Of a stretch of DNA of 64,000 nucleotides, positions 41,945 through 55,895 are shown one piece after another. Under the pieces are notes generated by a model. That model did no database searches. It worked only from the letters and a program-made list of their open reading frames with translations, and had not been told where the DNA came from. Position 1 is the stretch's first letter. Every line of letters starts with the position of its first letter. Source of the DNA: Octopus vulgaris (taxonomy: Eukaryota); NCBI GenBank assembly GCA_951406725.2, contig OX597815.1:42842001-42906000 (forward strand). The letters run 5' to 3'. The translations under genes and the position numbers were made by a program.

Positions 41945-43183
41945 GCCGTGGTCTTTTGCAACTGGCAATAACAATGAAGATTGCTACAATTGGTCTAGAC
42001 ACCTACCTGAAAAACTCTGAGGACTGGATGTTAAAACTTGTCTCAAAACATGAAAACAAGAAAGCCTCATACTCAGTAAAAAACAGGCAAAGGAATATCT
42101 AAGTGAATTCCGAATACAACAAATTTCGGAATTAGAGATAGACATACAAGAAACAGGCACAGAAAAAGCTAAGCGCATGAAAACCCGTGCTAAATCTGCG
42201 GCCTTAGATATTCTGAATGATAAATGGCAAGAAAAACCTTTCTATGGCAAATACCCAAAGAGAGCAAATAATGCAGATGTTGACAAAGCCCTGACCCATC
42301 AATGGCTAATGGCCTCTGGCTTAAAATCTGAAACAGCTCAAGATCAATGCCTACCAACAAGAAACTACCAGGCCAACATATTAAAGATCAGAAGCAGTCC
42401 AACGTGTCGTGTATGCCAGCAACAAAATGAAACCATTGACCATGTGGTCTCCAAGTGCAGTCTTCTAGCGCCTACAGAGTATCTCAACAGACACGATAGA
42501 GCTGCACAATATATTCACTGGGTAATCTGCAAAAACCTGGATTTGCCCCATGAAAAAAACTGGTGGGAACACAAACCACCCCCAGTGCTTGAAAATAACC
42601 ACATCTCACTCCTCTGGAACTTCACCATTCAAACTGACAGAAAGATAGATGCAAATAGGCCAGACATCATATTGAAAGACTTCAAACAAAGAACATGCCT
42701 CCTCATTGATATGACTCTCCCAATCGATATAAACGTATCTGTCAAGACCTACCAAAAACTGAGCAAATATAAAGATCTTGAAATAGAAATCAGCAAAATG
42801 TGGAACCTGAAGACTAAATCAATACCTGTTGTCATAGGTGCCCTGGGAATGATAGCAAAAGGGGCTGATAGCTACCTAACTCAGATACCAGGAAACCCAA
42901 AAATGGCAGAAATTCAAAAGATAGTGCTCATGGGAACTGCTCATATCCTACGCAAAATACTTTCTATGTAATCTCAAGGTTTAAAACAAATATAATTCTC
43001 GGTTTAAAAAAAAAAAAAATTATTTTTTTTTTAGACATTCATTAGTACAACACCAAAAACTCCCCCCAAATATATGGCACACTAGGCATAACAACAACAT
43101 GAACTTCCAGCCTGTTGTCTCTTGAGGTCTCTGGGTGAGACTTGGAGCCAACTTGTACAAATATAAAGCAAAAGTCAAACATA

Positions 43184-43186
<3 letters not shown>
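41945..43186 (+). mobile_element. Relatively young 5'-truncated R4/Dong-like LINE in (TAA)n
   Basis: Open C-terminal frame, 3'UTR ending in (TAA)n, and (TAA)n(AAG)n upstream. Confidence 0.92.
42177..42971 (+). CDS. C-terminal CCHC and restriction-like endonuclease domain of an R4/Dong ORF (partial, open)
   Basis: CRVCQQQNETIDHVVSKC, YLNRHD, RPDIIL, KLSKYKDL, PVVIGALG. Confidence 0.85.
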   Translation: MKTRAKSAALDILNDKWQEKPFYGKYPKRANNADVDKALTHQWLMASGLKSETAQDQCLPTRNYQANILKIRSSPTCRVCQQQNETIDHVVSKCSLLAPTEYLNRHDRAAQYIHWVICKNLDLPHEKNWWEHKPPPVLENNHISLLWNFTIQTDRKIDANRPDIILKDFKQRTCLLIDMTLPIDINVSVKTYQKLSKYKDLEIEISKMWNLKTKSIPVVIGALGMIAKGADSYLTQIPGNPKMAEIQKIVLMGTAHILRKILSM

Positions 43187-43253
<67 letters not shown>

Positions 43254-43278
43254 TATAGTAGTAGTAGTAGTAGTAGTA

Positions 43279-43343
<65 letters not shown>

Positions 43344-43483
43344 CTTTTCTATTAAAGGCACAAGACCTGAAATTTTCTTGGGGATGATGGATAGTCGATT
43401 ACTTCGACCCCATGGTGTAAGTGGTACTTATTTCATCGACTCCGAAGGGATGATGATGATGATGATGATGATGTTGTTGTTGA

Positions 43484-43517
<34 letters not shown>

Positions 43518-44149
43518 GGTGAAGAGGAGGTGGATTTTCCTTTAATGGCTACAAGACATTGCGCGTAATATAAAAGGTCGGAATGAAGAAAGTACTAATG
43601 ATAATGTGACCATTATGAAGTAAAACTAGTAATAATAATAATGATAACAAAAGTAATGCTAATAATTATGATGACAGCAGCGGCAACAGGGATGATTACA
43701 AAGGAATAAATATATGCCTGAGGGAAGACATGATAATTTGTAGTGTAGTAAGATGGCAGATGAAGGGACAGGGATTACTGACAATAAAATTACAGGGCAA
43801 GCCATAAAGAGAAGCAGTGACGGTATTGATAAAGATAATAAACTTGTCGAAGGCAATAGTTGCTTGTTATTTATTCTAAGGAAGCCTGATAAAAGGATTG
43901 ACAGTGTACATACACATTCTTGATACCAAAGATGGAATGGAAAAGAAATACACAAAGTCCGTTGGAACAAGCAGGTTTATGAAATAAAATTAAATTCCAG
44001 CGTGATTAAGTGCTACTGAAGCAACTAGCTTATTTATTAGCTAATTAGTAAGTGAGTTAATTAAAATTGCTGTATCGGAAGGTAGAGAATTATTAATACA
44101 GACACTTGAAAGACAGAAATGAAGGAAATGAGATGTTTGCAAAGCAGTA

Positions 44150-44412
44150 GCTATTTCACGTGACCACTTGAACGACCACGCTATCAGATGTTATTAAACA
44201 TCACTGGTCACATTGGCTTTTGCCTTGTTTTAGCCTTCAAATGACACCACCCCGCTGGCTAGGCGAATACGCCAACATTATCTCCGATCGAAAGATCGAA
44301 ATGGAGACTGGAGCAACGTGACATGAAGTGTTTTGCTTGTGAACATAACGCACCGCCCAATCAGGCAATCGAACCCACGACCTAGCGATCGTGAGTGAAA
44401 CAACCTAACCAC
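44150..44412 (-). mobile_element. Other tRNA-derived SINE
   Basis: Minus strand tagtggttagg..gggttcgattgcc (A/B boxes), then ttcacaagcaaaacacttcat. Confidence 0.6.
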
Positions 44413-44940
44413 TATGTATGTATGTGTGTTTATGTGTTTGTCTATGTATGTATGTATGTATGTATGTATGTATGTATGCATGTATGTATGTATGTATGTA
44501 TGTATGTATGTATGTATGCATGTATGTATGTATATATGTACGTATGTATGTATGTATGTATGTATGTATGTATGTATGTATGTATGTATGTATGCATGCA
44601 TGTATGCATGTATGTATGTATGTATGCATGCATGTAGGTATGTATGTATTTATGTATGTATGCATGTATGTATGCATGTATGTATGTATGTATTTATGTA
44701 TGTATGTATGTATGTATGTATGCATGCATGCATGCATGCATGCATGTATGTATGTATGTATGTATTCTTCAAGGCGGTGCCCCAGCATGGCCATAGTCTG
44801 ATGACTGAAACAAATAGAAGATAAAAGAACTGCTTCGATAACTACGACTTTATGATTCATATTTGATAGTATAGTCAACGTGGGACTGGGTTATCACTAA
44901 ATATCTAAATGTTTATTTCATATTTTAAAATTAAGAGAGT

Positions 44941-45132
44941 GTATTCTGCCGTGTCTGAGGAGAGTCATTTTCTTTTTGTGCCTTATAATGTAACACACTC
45001 ACCGGTAAAATTTCCACTTATTTCTTATTTTTGTTTTCCTAAAATTTTCGTTGCGTTTTGCAACCTTTTGTGTGAATGTATTACATTATAAGGCACAAAA
45101 AGAAAATGACTCTCCCCAGACACGGCAGAATA
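44941..45132. repeat. ~52-bp inverted repeat with ~85-bp spacer, containing CUGAGGA (PLE-terminus-like)
   Basis: tattctgccgtgtctgaggagagtcattttctttttgtgccttataatgtaa and its reverse complement at ~45081-45132. Confidence 0.85.
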
Positions 45133-45724
45133 TGCTTCAACACACGAACTCATATAAAGTATCGTGCAAACCAAATCCAAAAACGAAATAAGAGGGTGTG
45201 ATAATCTGTAAAAAGAAGAGTGAGTGTAAGGCTTTTCTAAAATTCAACATGAAAATCTTCATCGATGTTGTTCTCTGAATTCCAGTAATGAAGCATTTTT
45301 ATTTATTAGAAATCAGCTCCTGTATAGAAAGAATTGAAATCAACTAAATAGATAAATGAATAAATGAATGAGTGAATGAATGAATGAATGAATGAATGAA
45401 TGAATGAATGAAACAGGAGAGGCACTGAAAATGAAAAATGATCAGTGACAGAGTTTAGTTGCCCAACGGATATGAACATTTCATTCAATATCAACGAAAA
45501 AGAGCACATCTGTAGATAACTCATTCGGAATTTACAGTTTCTCTCGCTAACGAATCTATATACTTATCTAAAATGGCGAATGAACTTAATTATGTTACTA
45601 AGTATTTAAATAATGATATTGAAAAAGTAGCCTTATAGAGAAGAGATCGTCTAATATGTATTCTAAAACTTTAATCTCTTGGCAGAACAGCAAAATATGC
45701 GAGATTTTTTTTCCGAATTTAATG

Positions 45725-45975
45725 CAGCGGTTATCAACCATTTTTTGTCTATGGACCCCATTGATTCTTATGTTATTCAGAGGGTGAAGCCCTTATAGCC
45801 ATTTCATGTCTAAAAGCTATTATATTTTTTATGATTAGATATCAGGAATTGTATTTAAAAAATGTTTAAATATTTTGTATATAGTAGAAAGATAACCAGT
45901 TTATTGCACAAATTTTAACAGCAAAATCATATACGGATCCCCAAGAGCCATATGGGCCCAGGTTGACAACCACCG
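45725..45975. mobile_element. hAT (Charlie-like) MITE
   Basis: TIRs cagcggttatcaacc / ggttgacaaccaccg; 8-bp TSD atttaatg/atttagtg. Confidence 0.8.
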
Positions 45976-47524
45976 ATTTAGTGCATGGCATGTAACTCAT
46001 TATTTTTGCCGTTGTCTGGAAAACAATGAAGAGGCTTTGTTTCATAGCTTAAAGCATATTCCTTCCTTATAAATATATATATTTCAGTGATACTCAAGTA
46101 AAAAAGAAACAGTCAAACGTAATGACTTGCATGAAAACATAAGCATACCCATATGTACATACATGTGTATAAGCATACAAACTTATGTTCATACATACAA
46201 ACACAATCAACCAGTTGTTTAGATTCCAATGAGCCTTGTTTGTGGGTTACTGAAAATCGGCTCTTCTAATGGAGAGAAATTTGAAAACTAATATAATCAA
46301 TAGACATATTTACAATTTTGAAGTCGGATACACGGCTCATGTGGTTCATTCACTTTAAAACTATTTTCAGCGATACATATACATTATGAAGTTAATCAGA
46401 TGTTTGTAATTTGATTCTCCTTAGCGGGAAAATGCACAAACAAGCATGCTATGATGACGACAATTTGCAGACAACAATCTTTATAAAAGTGTATGCATGA
46501 TTATGATCATTCTGGTAAGCATACACACTCAATTCTCTTTTAATTCATATCAAGCCCATTGCTTTGAGGATATTTTGTGAATAAAACTTAATCATATATT
46601 AGGATAAGTAGTAAAGACATGTAAAATTATATACATTACTATTGCCGCCATCACTCGTTAGTAAACTAAGAAGTTGAAATATGCATTCATCCTGATTCTT
46701 TCAACCAATTTATATCTGTAGTACGTCTGAACATAGTTTAGGATAAATGTAAACATCACTTTCGTTTTTACTCAACTCTTGTCTATGGCAGATAATGAAC
46801 AGTCTATTACTATTTGTTTGATAACCATGATTAGATATTGCTTAGTGATAGTTAGACTGTCATATTGAAAAACATACAGTGGATGAAGTGGATGGTAAAA
46901 ATGGGTGCTGTAGAAGTCATTAGCATTAATTATAATGGCGTATGGTCTCTACCAATCAGGAAAAAGTGAGGTCAACTCTTAATCACATGGATCTTACAGA
47001 TTTTAACGAAGGAAAATTGTACAAGAATATTTTTAGACAAGAAGTTTACTAAGGCTGATAGAATTATATAGAATGATAATTTGAAATATAAAGTACTATA
47101 ATTTTTCTTTCATACGAGCGGGAATCTCTCTTTCAAAAAACTTCAATATATAAATAAATCAGTATGGTTTGTGTGATTACTGATCTGATTGTGTATATAT
47201 TTAATTTGATTGTGTATATATTGTGTGATTGTGATCTGATTGTGTATATATTTAATCCAAACAGCTTCCTTTCTAAGAATGTATACTATGTATTGGTAAC
47301 ATAATTTTGAAGACACTTAAAAAAATCCCGAAAACAATGGTTTCGTGTAAATCATAGTTCTTGCTTTTGTGGTTTCAGTAAATTAGATTTAGTCTGGGTG
47401 GAAACAAGCATTAAAGAAAAATCTAAATCCAGGAGACCCAAACAAACTGAATAATGTTGCTTCAAAATTCTTTTGGAATGAATGTATTTTAAAATAAAAA
47501 ATGTAAAGCGATAAAATCATAGTA

Positions 47525-48769
47525 TTGGGTTGGTGCATAATTATTGCGGCTTTTTTCAACAAATTTTATTCAACAATAACAATATTTAACAAAAACATCT
47601 TTAAAAGACAGTCTCTGCCTGCAACATAATTTGGCCACAATTTTCTCCAGGCCGAATTCATGGTCCCGCCAGTCACTCGTCTGCGAAACCTGAAGGGTGA
47701 GCAGGTGCATTATCAATCAAAACAAGGCATCTCAGTGGCAAATTGCATTCTCGCAAATATTTCTTAACAAAAGGGACAAAGATATCATGTATATACTCAA
47801 TAAAAACTTGCTTAGTTACTCAAGCCATACTATTAGACATTTATACAACAGGCAACCTATTACCACATTATTTCTCTAAAACACGGATTCTCCGAGTGGT
47901 ACACAAGTAATGGTTTCATCTTGAAGTCTCCATTTGCATTCCCAAAGAGCAAAAGAGTCAGCCTATCCTTCATTGGTTTGTGTCTTGTTAATGCTTTCTC
48001 TTTTTGGGTGATATATGTCCTCCGAGGTATTTTTCTCCAGAATAGCCTCGTTTCTTCACAGTTAAATACTTGCTTGGAAAGAAATTCTTCAGCCTTTAAG
48101 TAATCACTAAAATCTTGAACAAATTTCTCACAGATTTTTGGTTTCTCCATGTGTAACAACACTATGTATGTCACTTTTCTCAAAATTCTCAAACTACCGT
48201 CTCATATTTTGGAAAACATCAGTATGAGCACTAGTACCAGAATATTTGTCATGCAATTCCCTTGCTTTTTGACATATGATACACCCAGAAACACTATCCA
48301 CATCAGAGGAAATTTCTCCACTTCTGTCGTCTGTGTTCTTTATTTAGTAAGAACTGTCATTCCTCATACAATGTCAGTTCCCTTAATTGTCTCTCTTCTT
48401 GAGAATAACATAGACCGTTGATTTAGTCTTACGAGTAGCAAGATCAGAGACACAAACACCATGTTCATCTTTGACTATAATTTCTTTCTTACCTTTAATT
48501 TTTTTCTTTTTACTTTGCTATCTTTATCCTTCTTTGGCCTCATGGTGCATTTATGAAAAAATGCAAAAACGCATTAAAATTCAAGGGAAGGCACAGCGAA
48601 TTCGAGCAAAGATGTGCATTGAATGAAAGGTGGAGAGGAACTGACGCTCTCTCGTTAACACTCCCAGCTTGTCGCCGACCGTTGTTTCCGACTTGCGTGA
48701 TAGTTACTCGAAACGCATCGTCACCCGAGTGGTCTTATGTTATGAAAATTGTACGTGAACCGAGGTTCC

Positions 48770-48855
<86 letters not shown>

Positions 48856-48902
48856 GATATGATATAAATAATATATATATATGCATATATAAATACGTAT
48901 AT

Positions 48903-49001
<99 letters not shown>

Positions 49002-49231
49002 GGGCACCGGACGACACGAAATTTTTCAACAAATTTTATTCAACAATAACAATATTTAACAAAAACATCTGTAAAAGACGGTCTGACCGTCTGTCAAGCA
49101 AATGGGAAGCAATAATTGACATAGATGGTGAATGTGCTCCGGAATAATCATTTAAAGATGTTATTGTTGCATGTTGTTATTGTTTTTGTTGAATAAAATT
49201 TGTTGTAAAAAGCCGCAATGCACCAACCCAA
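47525..49231 (+). mobile_element. Mariner-derived MITE split by a ~1.4-kb composite insertion
   Basis: TIRs ttgggttggtgca / tgcaccaacccaa; transposase C-terminus DRLSSKWEAIIDIDGE at 49085-49135. Confidence 0.8.
47865..48775 (-). mobile_element. Tigger/pogo transposon 5' half (decayed transposase)
   Basis: QVFNCEETRLFWRKIPRRTYIT..KPMKDRLTLLLFGNANGDFKMKPLLVYHSENP; TIR-like gtggaacctcggttcacg at ~48755-48775. Confidence 0.9.
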
Positions 49232-52200
49232 TTCAATCACTGAAGCCTCTACAAAGTCACGAGTACCTTTAAAAGCACTATTTTCTTTTACTGTTTTCAA
49301 AATAATAGTAGTTACAAATTTTGGCATAAGGCTAGCAATTTTAGGTGGGGGAGTAAGTCCATTACATCGCTCGCAGAACTCAACGGGTACTTATTTATCG
49401 ACCCCGAAAGAATAAACTCATGGTGTTCAAAGTTGGAGATTCTAAACTCTTTCTTGATGAGTTCTTGTGTTACATTGTGCAAGTGAGGAGGTCATGATTT
49501 TTAGATCGCTAAAATATAATACATTACAAAGTTAACCTGGATTTTGAACTATCATTTGTTTCTTATATGCTGTTTAATATGCGATCCTATTCTTTCTCAA
49601 CCTATACTTCATTTGGAGATTCCTTGTGTATATTGTATATGCTTCCTTTCAAAGCATTGACTTTCTTGGGGACAACTGTGTATTTAATTTCGCTTCAAGT
49701 AGGAAGACGGTTCTAGTTCGCATGGCATTAGTTCTCCTCCCTTACATACGTGTTATCTCTCAAAAGACAGAGTTTCTTCGCAGCATCGTACCTAGTACTT
49801 TTGATACCTTTAAATTTTGTTTTCATTTGGGATTTTTCAAAAAGAATTCTGCTTGTCTCTATCGGCCTCCTTCTGGTCCCTATCCTTATTAATTGGCGGG
49901 GTGATGTTACTATGGATTGGATGCTTCTTAGTCGTTTAGTTGTAGCTAGTATTGTTTCTGTGAGTTATTCTCCTTGCCTTCATCGGTTGTGGTTGACATA
50001 AGGAGCATTTTTTTGAGTGTTATGCTTCGTTAAAGAAGACAAGGAATTTAATATGCTGATTAACATTTTGTGCGTATCATCCCACGGCCAACAGCCTCTA
50101 TGGTTTGTTGCTGCCTTTAAATTTTCAGTGCAGACAGAATTTAGACAGAATGCTTTTGCTTCCACAAGTCTAATAGCTGCGTCAATCATTTTCACTGCTG
50201 AACTTTAAGGTCTTCTTTTCAGTACCATATAGAAGACACAATTGCGGTATTTGTTTGTGGTCTTGCGGGGATAGGAGGTCTTGTTTGTCTATGGTGATTC
50301 TACATTTGACCACATATCGCCAAACGTTACATCAGTACTGAACACTTACCCACTTTATACCAGAAAGCAACAACTAGCCGGAAGACGATAACGTTTCCGA
50401 CAACTCTGGCTTTAACCTTGCGTTTCTCCTTACCAAATACTGCAAGAGCAGCTTATTGGCAGGTGCATTGCGTATTACTTGTACTTGCATTTTCGCTTTG
50501 TTCACTACTTTAAAGATGACACGTAAAGTGCCATATGGTCTTTCTATTCCAATAAAGGGTAGTTCACTAAGAATGACAACCAACGGTGACTCGTATGTTT
50601 ATCTTAGGTTTCTTTCTATCCTATGGTTGATAGTGAGTACTTCGATTTATTAATTCACGTAGCCAATGCTTCTATTGATATGTAAATTAGACAAACCAAT
50701 TGAGTTTTGATGGAGTGCATGTTTATTATAAATGCTTATAGGTTATCTTCTCTTCGTAAGTAGGAATGAATAACTGATAACTGATGAGGTTTTAGTAAAT
50801 ACTGAAACAAATCAAATTAATGTTTTTTTCTGGTCCCAAATATAAAAAACTTGTAGTGTACAGTTTTTGTTTACTTAAATGTGTGTTTAACGAAAGGCAC
50901 ACGTTCGTGAGTTTAATCTCCCCCTATTCTCCGTAATGTTACTCCCCACCCATCTCTCTCAAGTAAGTTTACTTCTTTTTCTCTCATACACACACAGTGT
51001 GCATTTATGTGTGTAGGTGTTTCTCTGTGTGTACGTGTATAAACATATACTCATACAGGTATACGTACACACACATTCACATGATTGTATTCAAATCCAC
51101 TTTATTTTTAATCTACACATGTCTATTCGCAGCACATTAAGAATTTCCATCTTTCAATTTGCTTCTAAAAAGAGTTTCTCTCACGTTCACAGAAACACAC
51201 AGGCGCTTCCAATACTTGCACACATATATCCATAAATACAATACTCCATCATTATAGTAATTTTATGGTCGTAACTTCAGCTCGAGGTTCTTAATAATAT
51301 AGAAATAATAGCTGTCAGGAAATTTGAACATTTCCATTTTTAATCCAAATCTTCTACTTCTCTTTATGGTATCAGAGAAAGAGTGTACAGAAACTGTGTC
51401 TATCTAATCGAAATCTATTATATTCAAATATAAGAAACATGTGTTCTTAAATGGAGGCCTGACAGGAGGCCATTGAATCGAAATAGCTAAATAGGAAGGA
51501 AATGAAATATAATAAATGATTTCTGTAAACCGAAGAAAATAACAACAGAGGTAGAGTTACACGAAGTGAAATAAACATCAATTAAAACGTAAAACAATGA
51601 AAGACATATTGACTTACAAATCCCCCTAAATTGACTACTCCCGTTTAAAAACAAATTCAAGTTACATATATTGCTTTATTAAATACTGAGATCAGAACAG
51701 ATCAATCAACGATCAATTAGAATACAATGTCAGTTGAAAAATGTGAGTTATGACCTTCAGTTAGGAGAAGAGTGGAAAAGATAGAGAGACGAACAAATAG
51801 TAAAATAGATTTCGAAAATGACAGCGTTAAAGATGGATACGTAGAAAAAGAGATGTGATGCAAGATGTTGATACAAGAGAGAGAAAAGTCAATTCGATTA
51901 TTAACACTAGCATATCATATTACAAACAAAATACTTGGCTTTTAGCACTGAAACCAAAAAGGAAACTGCTATTTCTTAGTTTCTCTATATGTTTAGTTAA
52001 CTCTTTTTTTAAGTATTTCCTCTGTGATATATCGATCAATTTTTATATCACCTTTATTTCTTCTTCATTCCTCCTTTCATTTCGTTTCCTTCAATTCACT
52101 TTTCTTTTCAACTAAGAATACTAAACGCAGATACATATTTCCGTAAATCTTCATCGATGAAAATGAAGCATTTAATCTAACACATACCTGACCACTTTCT

Positions 52201-52610
52201 TCTTAAGATAATTATATATCTTATAAAAGTACGCTTGTGTTATGTTGTTTACATACTTGAACAACCAAACGATTGTGGAATCTCTAAACAACAAGCCAAA
52301 CATAGCCTATCTAGAGTCGAAATTTAAATTTGATGCTCCGTGCTTAAACGACTTAGCTGTTTCATCTGGCACGAAGTGGTTTCTATCTAATGTGTATTTA
52401 ATAGTTAAAAGTAAATGTCAAGTCCCACCAAGAGGCTGATATATTAATGAAAATATAATTCCATTTAAACACGCATTGAAAGAGCCAGCGGGATTTTGTG
52501 TACGTTCAAGAAATCCCAATCTGAAGCACAATTGAACATTTGAGATTTCTAATCTGTTGTAAGTAGACTTGTGTACTTTGTTAACGCGAAGTCGACTTCA
52601 ATGCAACCCA

Positions 52611-53295
52611 ATGTATGTATGTATGTATGTATGTATGTATGTATGTATGTATGTATGTATGTATGTATGTATGTATGTATGTATGTACGTGATGTATGTA
52701 TGTATGTATGTATGTGATGTATGTATGTGATGTATGTATGTATGTATGTGATGTATGTTTGTGATGTATGTATGTATGTATGTGATGTATGTATGTGATG
52801 TATGTATGTATGTATGTATGTGATGTATGTATGTGATGTATGTATGTATGTATGTGATGTATGTATGTGATGTATGTATGTATGTATGTATGATGTATGT
52901 ATGTATGTATGTGATGTATGTATGTGATGTATGTATGTATGTATGTGATGTATGTATGTATGTATGTGATGTATGTATGTGATGTATGTATGTGATGTAT
53001 GTATGTATGTATGTATGTGATGTATGTATGTGATGTATGTATGTATGTATGTGATGTATGTATGTGATGTATGTATGTATGTATGTATGTGATGTATGTA
53101 TGTGATGTATGTATGTGATGTATGTATGTATGTATATATGCATGTATGTATATATGTATGTATATATGTATGTATATATTATGTATGTATGTACGTATGT
53201 ATGTATGCATGCATGAATGTATGTACGAATGTATGTATGCATGTATGTATGAATGCATGCATGTATGTATATATACATACATATGTATGTATGTA
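52611..53295. repeat. (TATG)n array with periodic TGA interruptions
   Basis: Directly visible. Confidence 0.95.
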
Positions 53296-53402
53296 TTTAA
53301 GTGTGTTTGTGTGAATATAATATCTATATATACCAGTTAGGCAATGCGATGTAAATAACCTGGTGGTAGAACTCAATATACATGTCTTACGTATGTTTCA
53401 GC

Positions 53403-54635
53403 TACGAGGTTAAATTCGAGTACAGAACGGTAATAAGAAGTTGGGAACATAACACATGGAAACATAACACATATCACGGCGTTGTACCAAATGCAATGCG
53501 AAAATGAGTATAACTTTTTATTAACTGATATAGATCATTCACATTTCCCACATTGATAGAGTAACTCTTCCTCTAATACCTCTCCTTATTCTTTTTCATT
53601 ACATGCAAATAATGGGTTTAATGCAATAAGCAACATGCTGTCATTGAGTTTATTAACGAAGGGCGGTATGCCAGCTGTTCGATATCCACAAAATGCTACT
53701 CGCTATTTACGGACATGGCGCCATTAACAAAAAACAATGTACAAGCATTAAAAGAAAGAGGAACCTATGGTTGAAGGCAAACTGTAGGAGTAAACCATTA
53801 GACCATGCATTGTGACCAGTGACATGAATCTCGAGTAAGTGAAATACCTGATTCGCGTGAGGTTGATGTACAAATAGTCCGTGGTTACAATGTATTATAC
53901 ACGATAGTAGAAATCTTTTGGGTATCGGTAAAAGAGTGGGTTGATACCCCATGTCGGTTGACATCTAAATTGAAAGAGTGAAGGATAAAAATCTCCTCTG
54001 AAATGCTGGAAACATTTAAAACCAATTGAAACCGTATTTTTTTCTTTTATTTTCCGATTTAGTGACAGGGAATGAAACATGGGTGTAGCTTTATAATCTG
54101 AAAAAGAAGGTTCAGTGTACAGAATGACATGAAACCTTTTCTTCAAGGCCGAAGAAGTTAAAGAGTCAATAATTAGTACAAAAACTCATAGTGATATTTT
54201 TATGACAAGGTCGTTATTTTTCTTTATTTTCTGGAACCTGGCTTACTGTAAACAGCAATCGGTACAGTGAGACTTCTGAAATGGTTAGAAAGATCTTTTT
54301 GGAAGAAAAGACCAGACGAGAATCTGAAAACAATCCACATTCACCATAACAATGCTTGACTCATCTCTGATAAGGAATCAGTTATCAGCAAAGTCAGCTG
54401 ATTTGTGGTTCCCCATCTACCATATAGCTCGGATCTGGCACCATCCGACTTCTACCTGTTCGGCTCAATGAAGGAGAGTCAACAGATACAAAGATTTGAT
54501 GGCACACGCAGATGTAGTGAAAGTGGCTGTGAAAAAGTGGCACATCACTGAACATGTAAATTCTCTGAAAGAGTATCCGGGATTTGGTGCATCGCTTATG
54601 ATGGAGAACATGTTGAGTGGAACCTTTGTGTGGAA
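53403..54635 (+). mobile_element. Decayed mariner transposon
   Basis: tacgagg terminus; HAVIEF..EG; HHNNA*.H; HLPYSSDLAPSDFYLFGSMK (YSPDLAP motif). Confidence 0.85.
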
Positions 54636-54794
54636 TTGTCTTTGCTCTCATCCTTTCAGGGTGGATAAAAAAAAGTATCAGCTGAGCACTGGGGTCAATG
54701 AAATCGACTTTCCCACACCTCAAAATTCCTGGCCTTGCGCGAAAGTAAGAAAAAATTATCAACATGTGCAATATGTAAGTATAAACATATATAC

Positions 54795-55180
54795 AGGTGT
54801 AGGAGTGGCTGTGTGGTCAGTAGCTTGCTTACGAACCACATGGTTCCAGGTTCATTCCCACTGCGTGGCACCTTGGGCAAGTGTCTTCTACTATAGCCTC
54901 GAGCCGACCAAAGCTTTGATAGTGAATTTGGTAGACGGAAACTGAAAGAAGCCTGTCGTATATATGTATATGTATATATGTATGTGTGTGTATATGTTTG
55001 TGTGTCTGTACTTGTCCTTCCAACATCGCTTGACAACCGATGCTGGTTCGGCAAAAGACATCGATATAATAAGTACTAGGCTTACAAAGAATAAGTTCTG
55101 GGGTCGATTTGCTCGACTAAAAGGCGGTGCTGCAGAATGGCCGCAGTCAAATGACTGAAACAAGTAAAACAGTAAAAGAG
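54795..55180 (+). mobile_element. SINE family A
   Basis: Complete consensus features. Confidence 0.9.
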
Positions 55181-55238
55181 ATATACATATATGTGTGTGC
55201 GTATACAGACAGACAAACACACACCACACGTATCACCT

Positions 55239-55351
<113 letters not shown>

Positions 55352-55683
55352 AATTTCTGCGTTTGGAGGGGGAGACAATGCTCTTGACCGTTGCTGACCC
55401 TCCAATAACGGTAATACTAACTTGATTATTGCTCCTGGCGAACCGTTGCAAGCCATCACCCGCATGAAAGAGGTTTCAGGGATATCGTGCATAGAATTTC
55501 AGACTAGGTGTAAAAATTAGTACTGCACATAGAGGTGGATACAACAAGGATGATAAGAGAAGATACGAATGGGTCGAGAATGACTGAGTGCGGCTACATC
55601 AGCCCTTGTTCAAGTTTTTTTTAATTCCTGAGATAATTACAATACCTGAGATATAAACAATTCACTATCTGTTCAATGGATTT

Positions 55684-55895
55684 AAGGTGGCGAGCGGGCA
55701 GAATCGTTAGCACGCCGGACGAAATGCCGCTAAGCATTTCGTCTGTCTTCACTTCTGAGTTCAAATTCCGCCGAGGTCGACTTTGCCTTTCATCCCTTCG
55801 GGGTCGATAATATAAGAACCAGTTGAATACTAGGGGCGAAGCGATTGACTTGCCACCTCCCCGGAATTGTTGGCCTTGTGCCAAAATTTGAAATC
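55684..55895 (+). mobile_element. SINE family B with 16-bp flanking direct repeat
   Basis: Head and core present; tatctgttcaat(g/a)gatt on both sides (~55666-55682 and ~55897-55913). Confidence 0.88.

Noticed and set aside
44278-44878. MYVC/HTYI repeat proteins (also at 52581 and 61202)
   Set aside because: (TATG)n microsatellite translations
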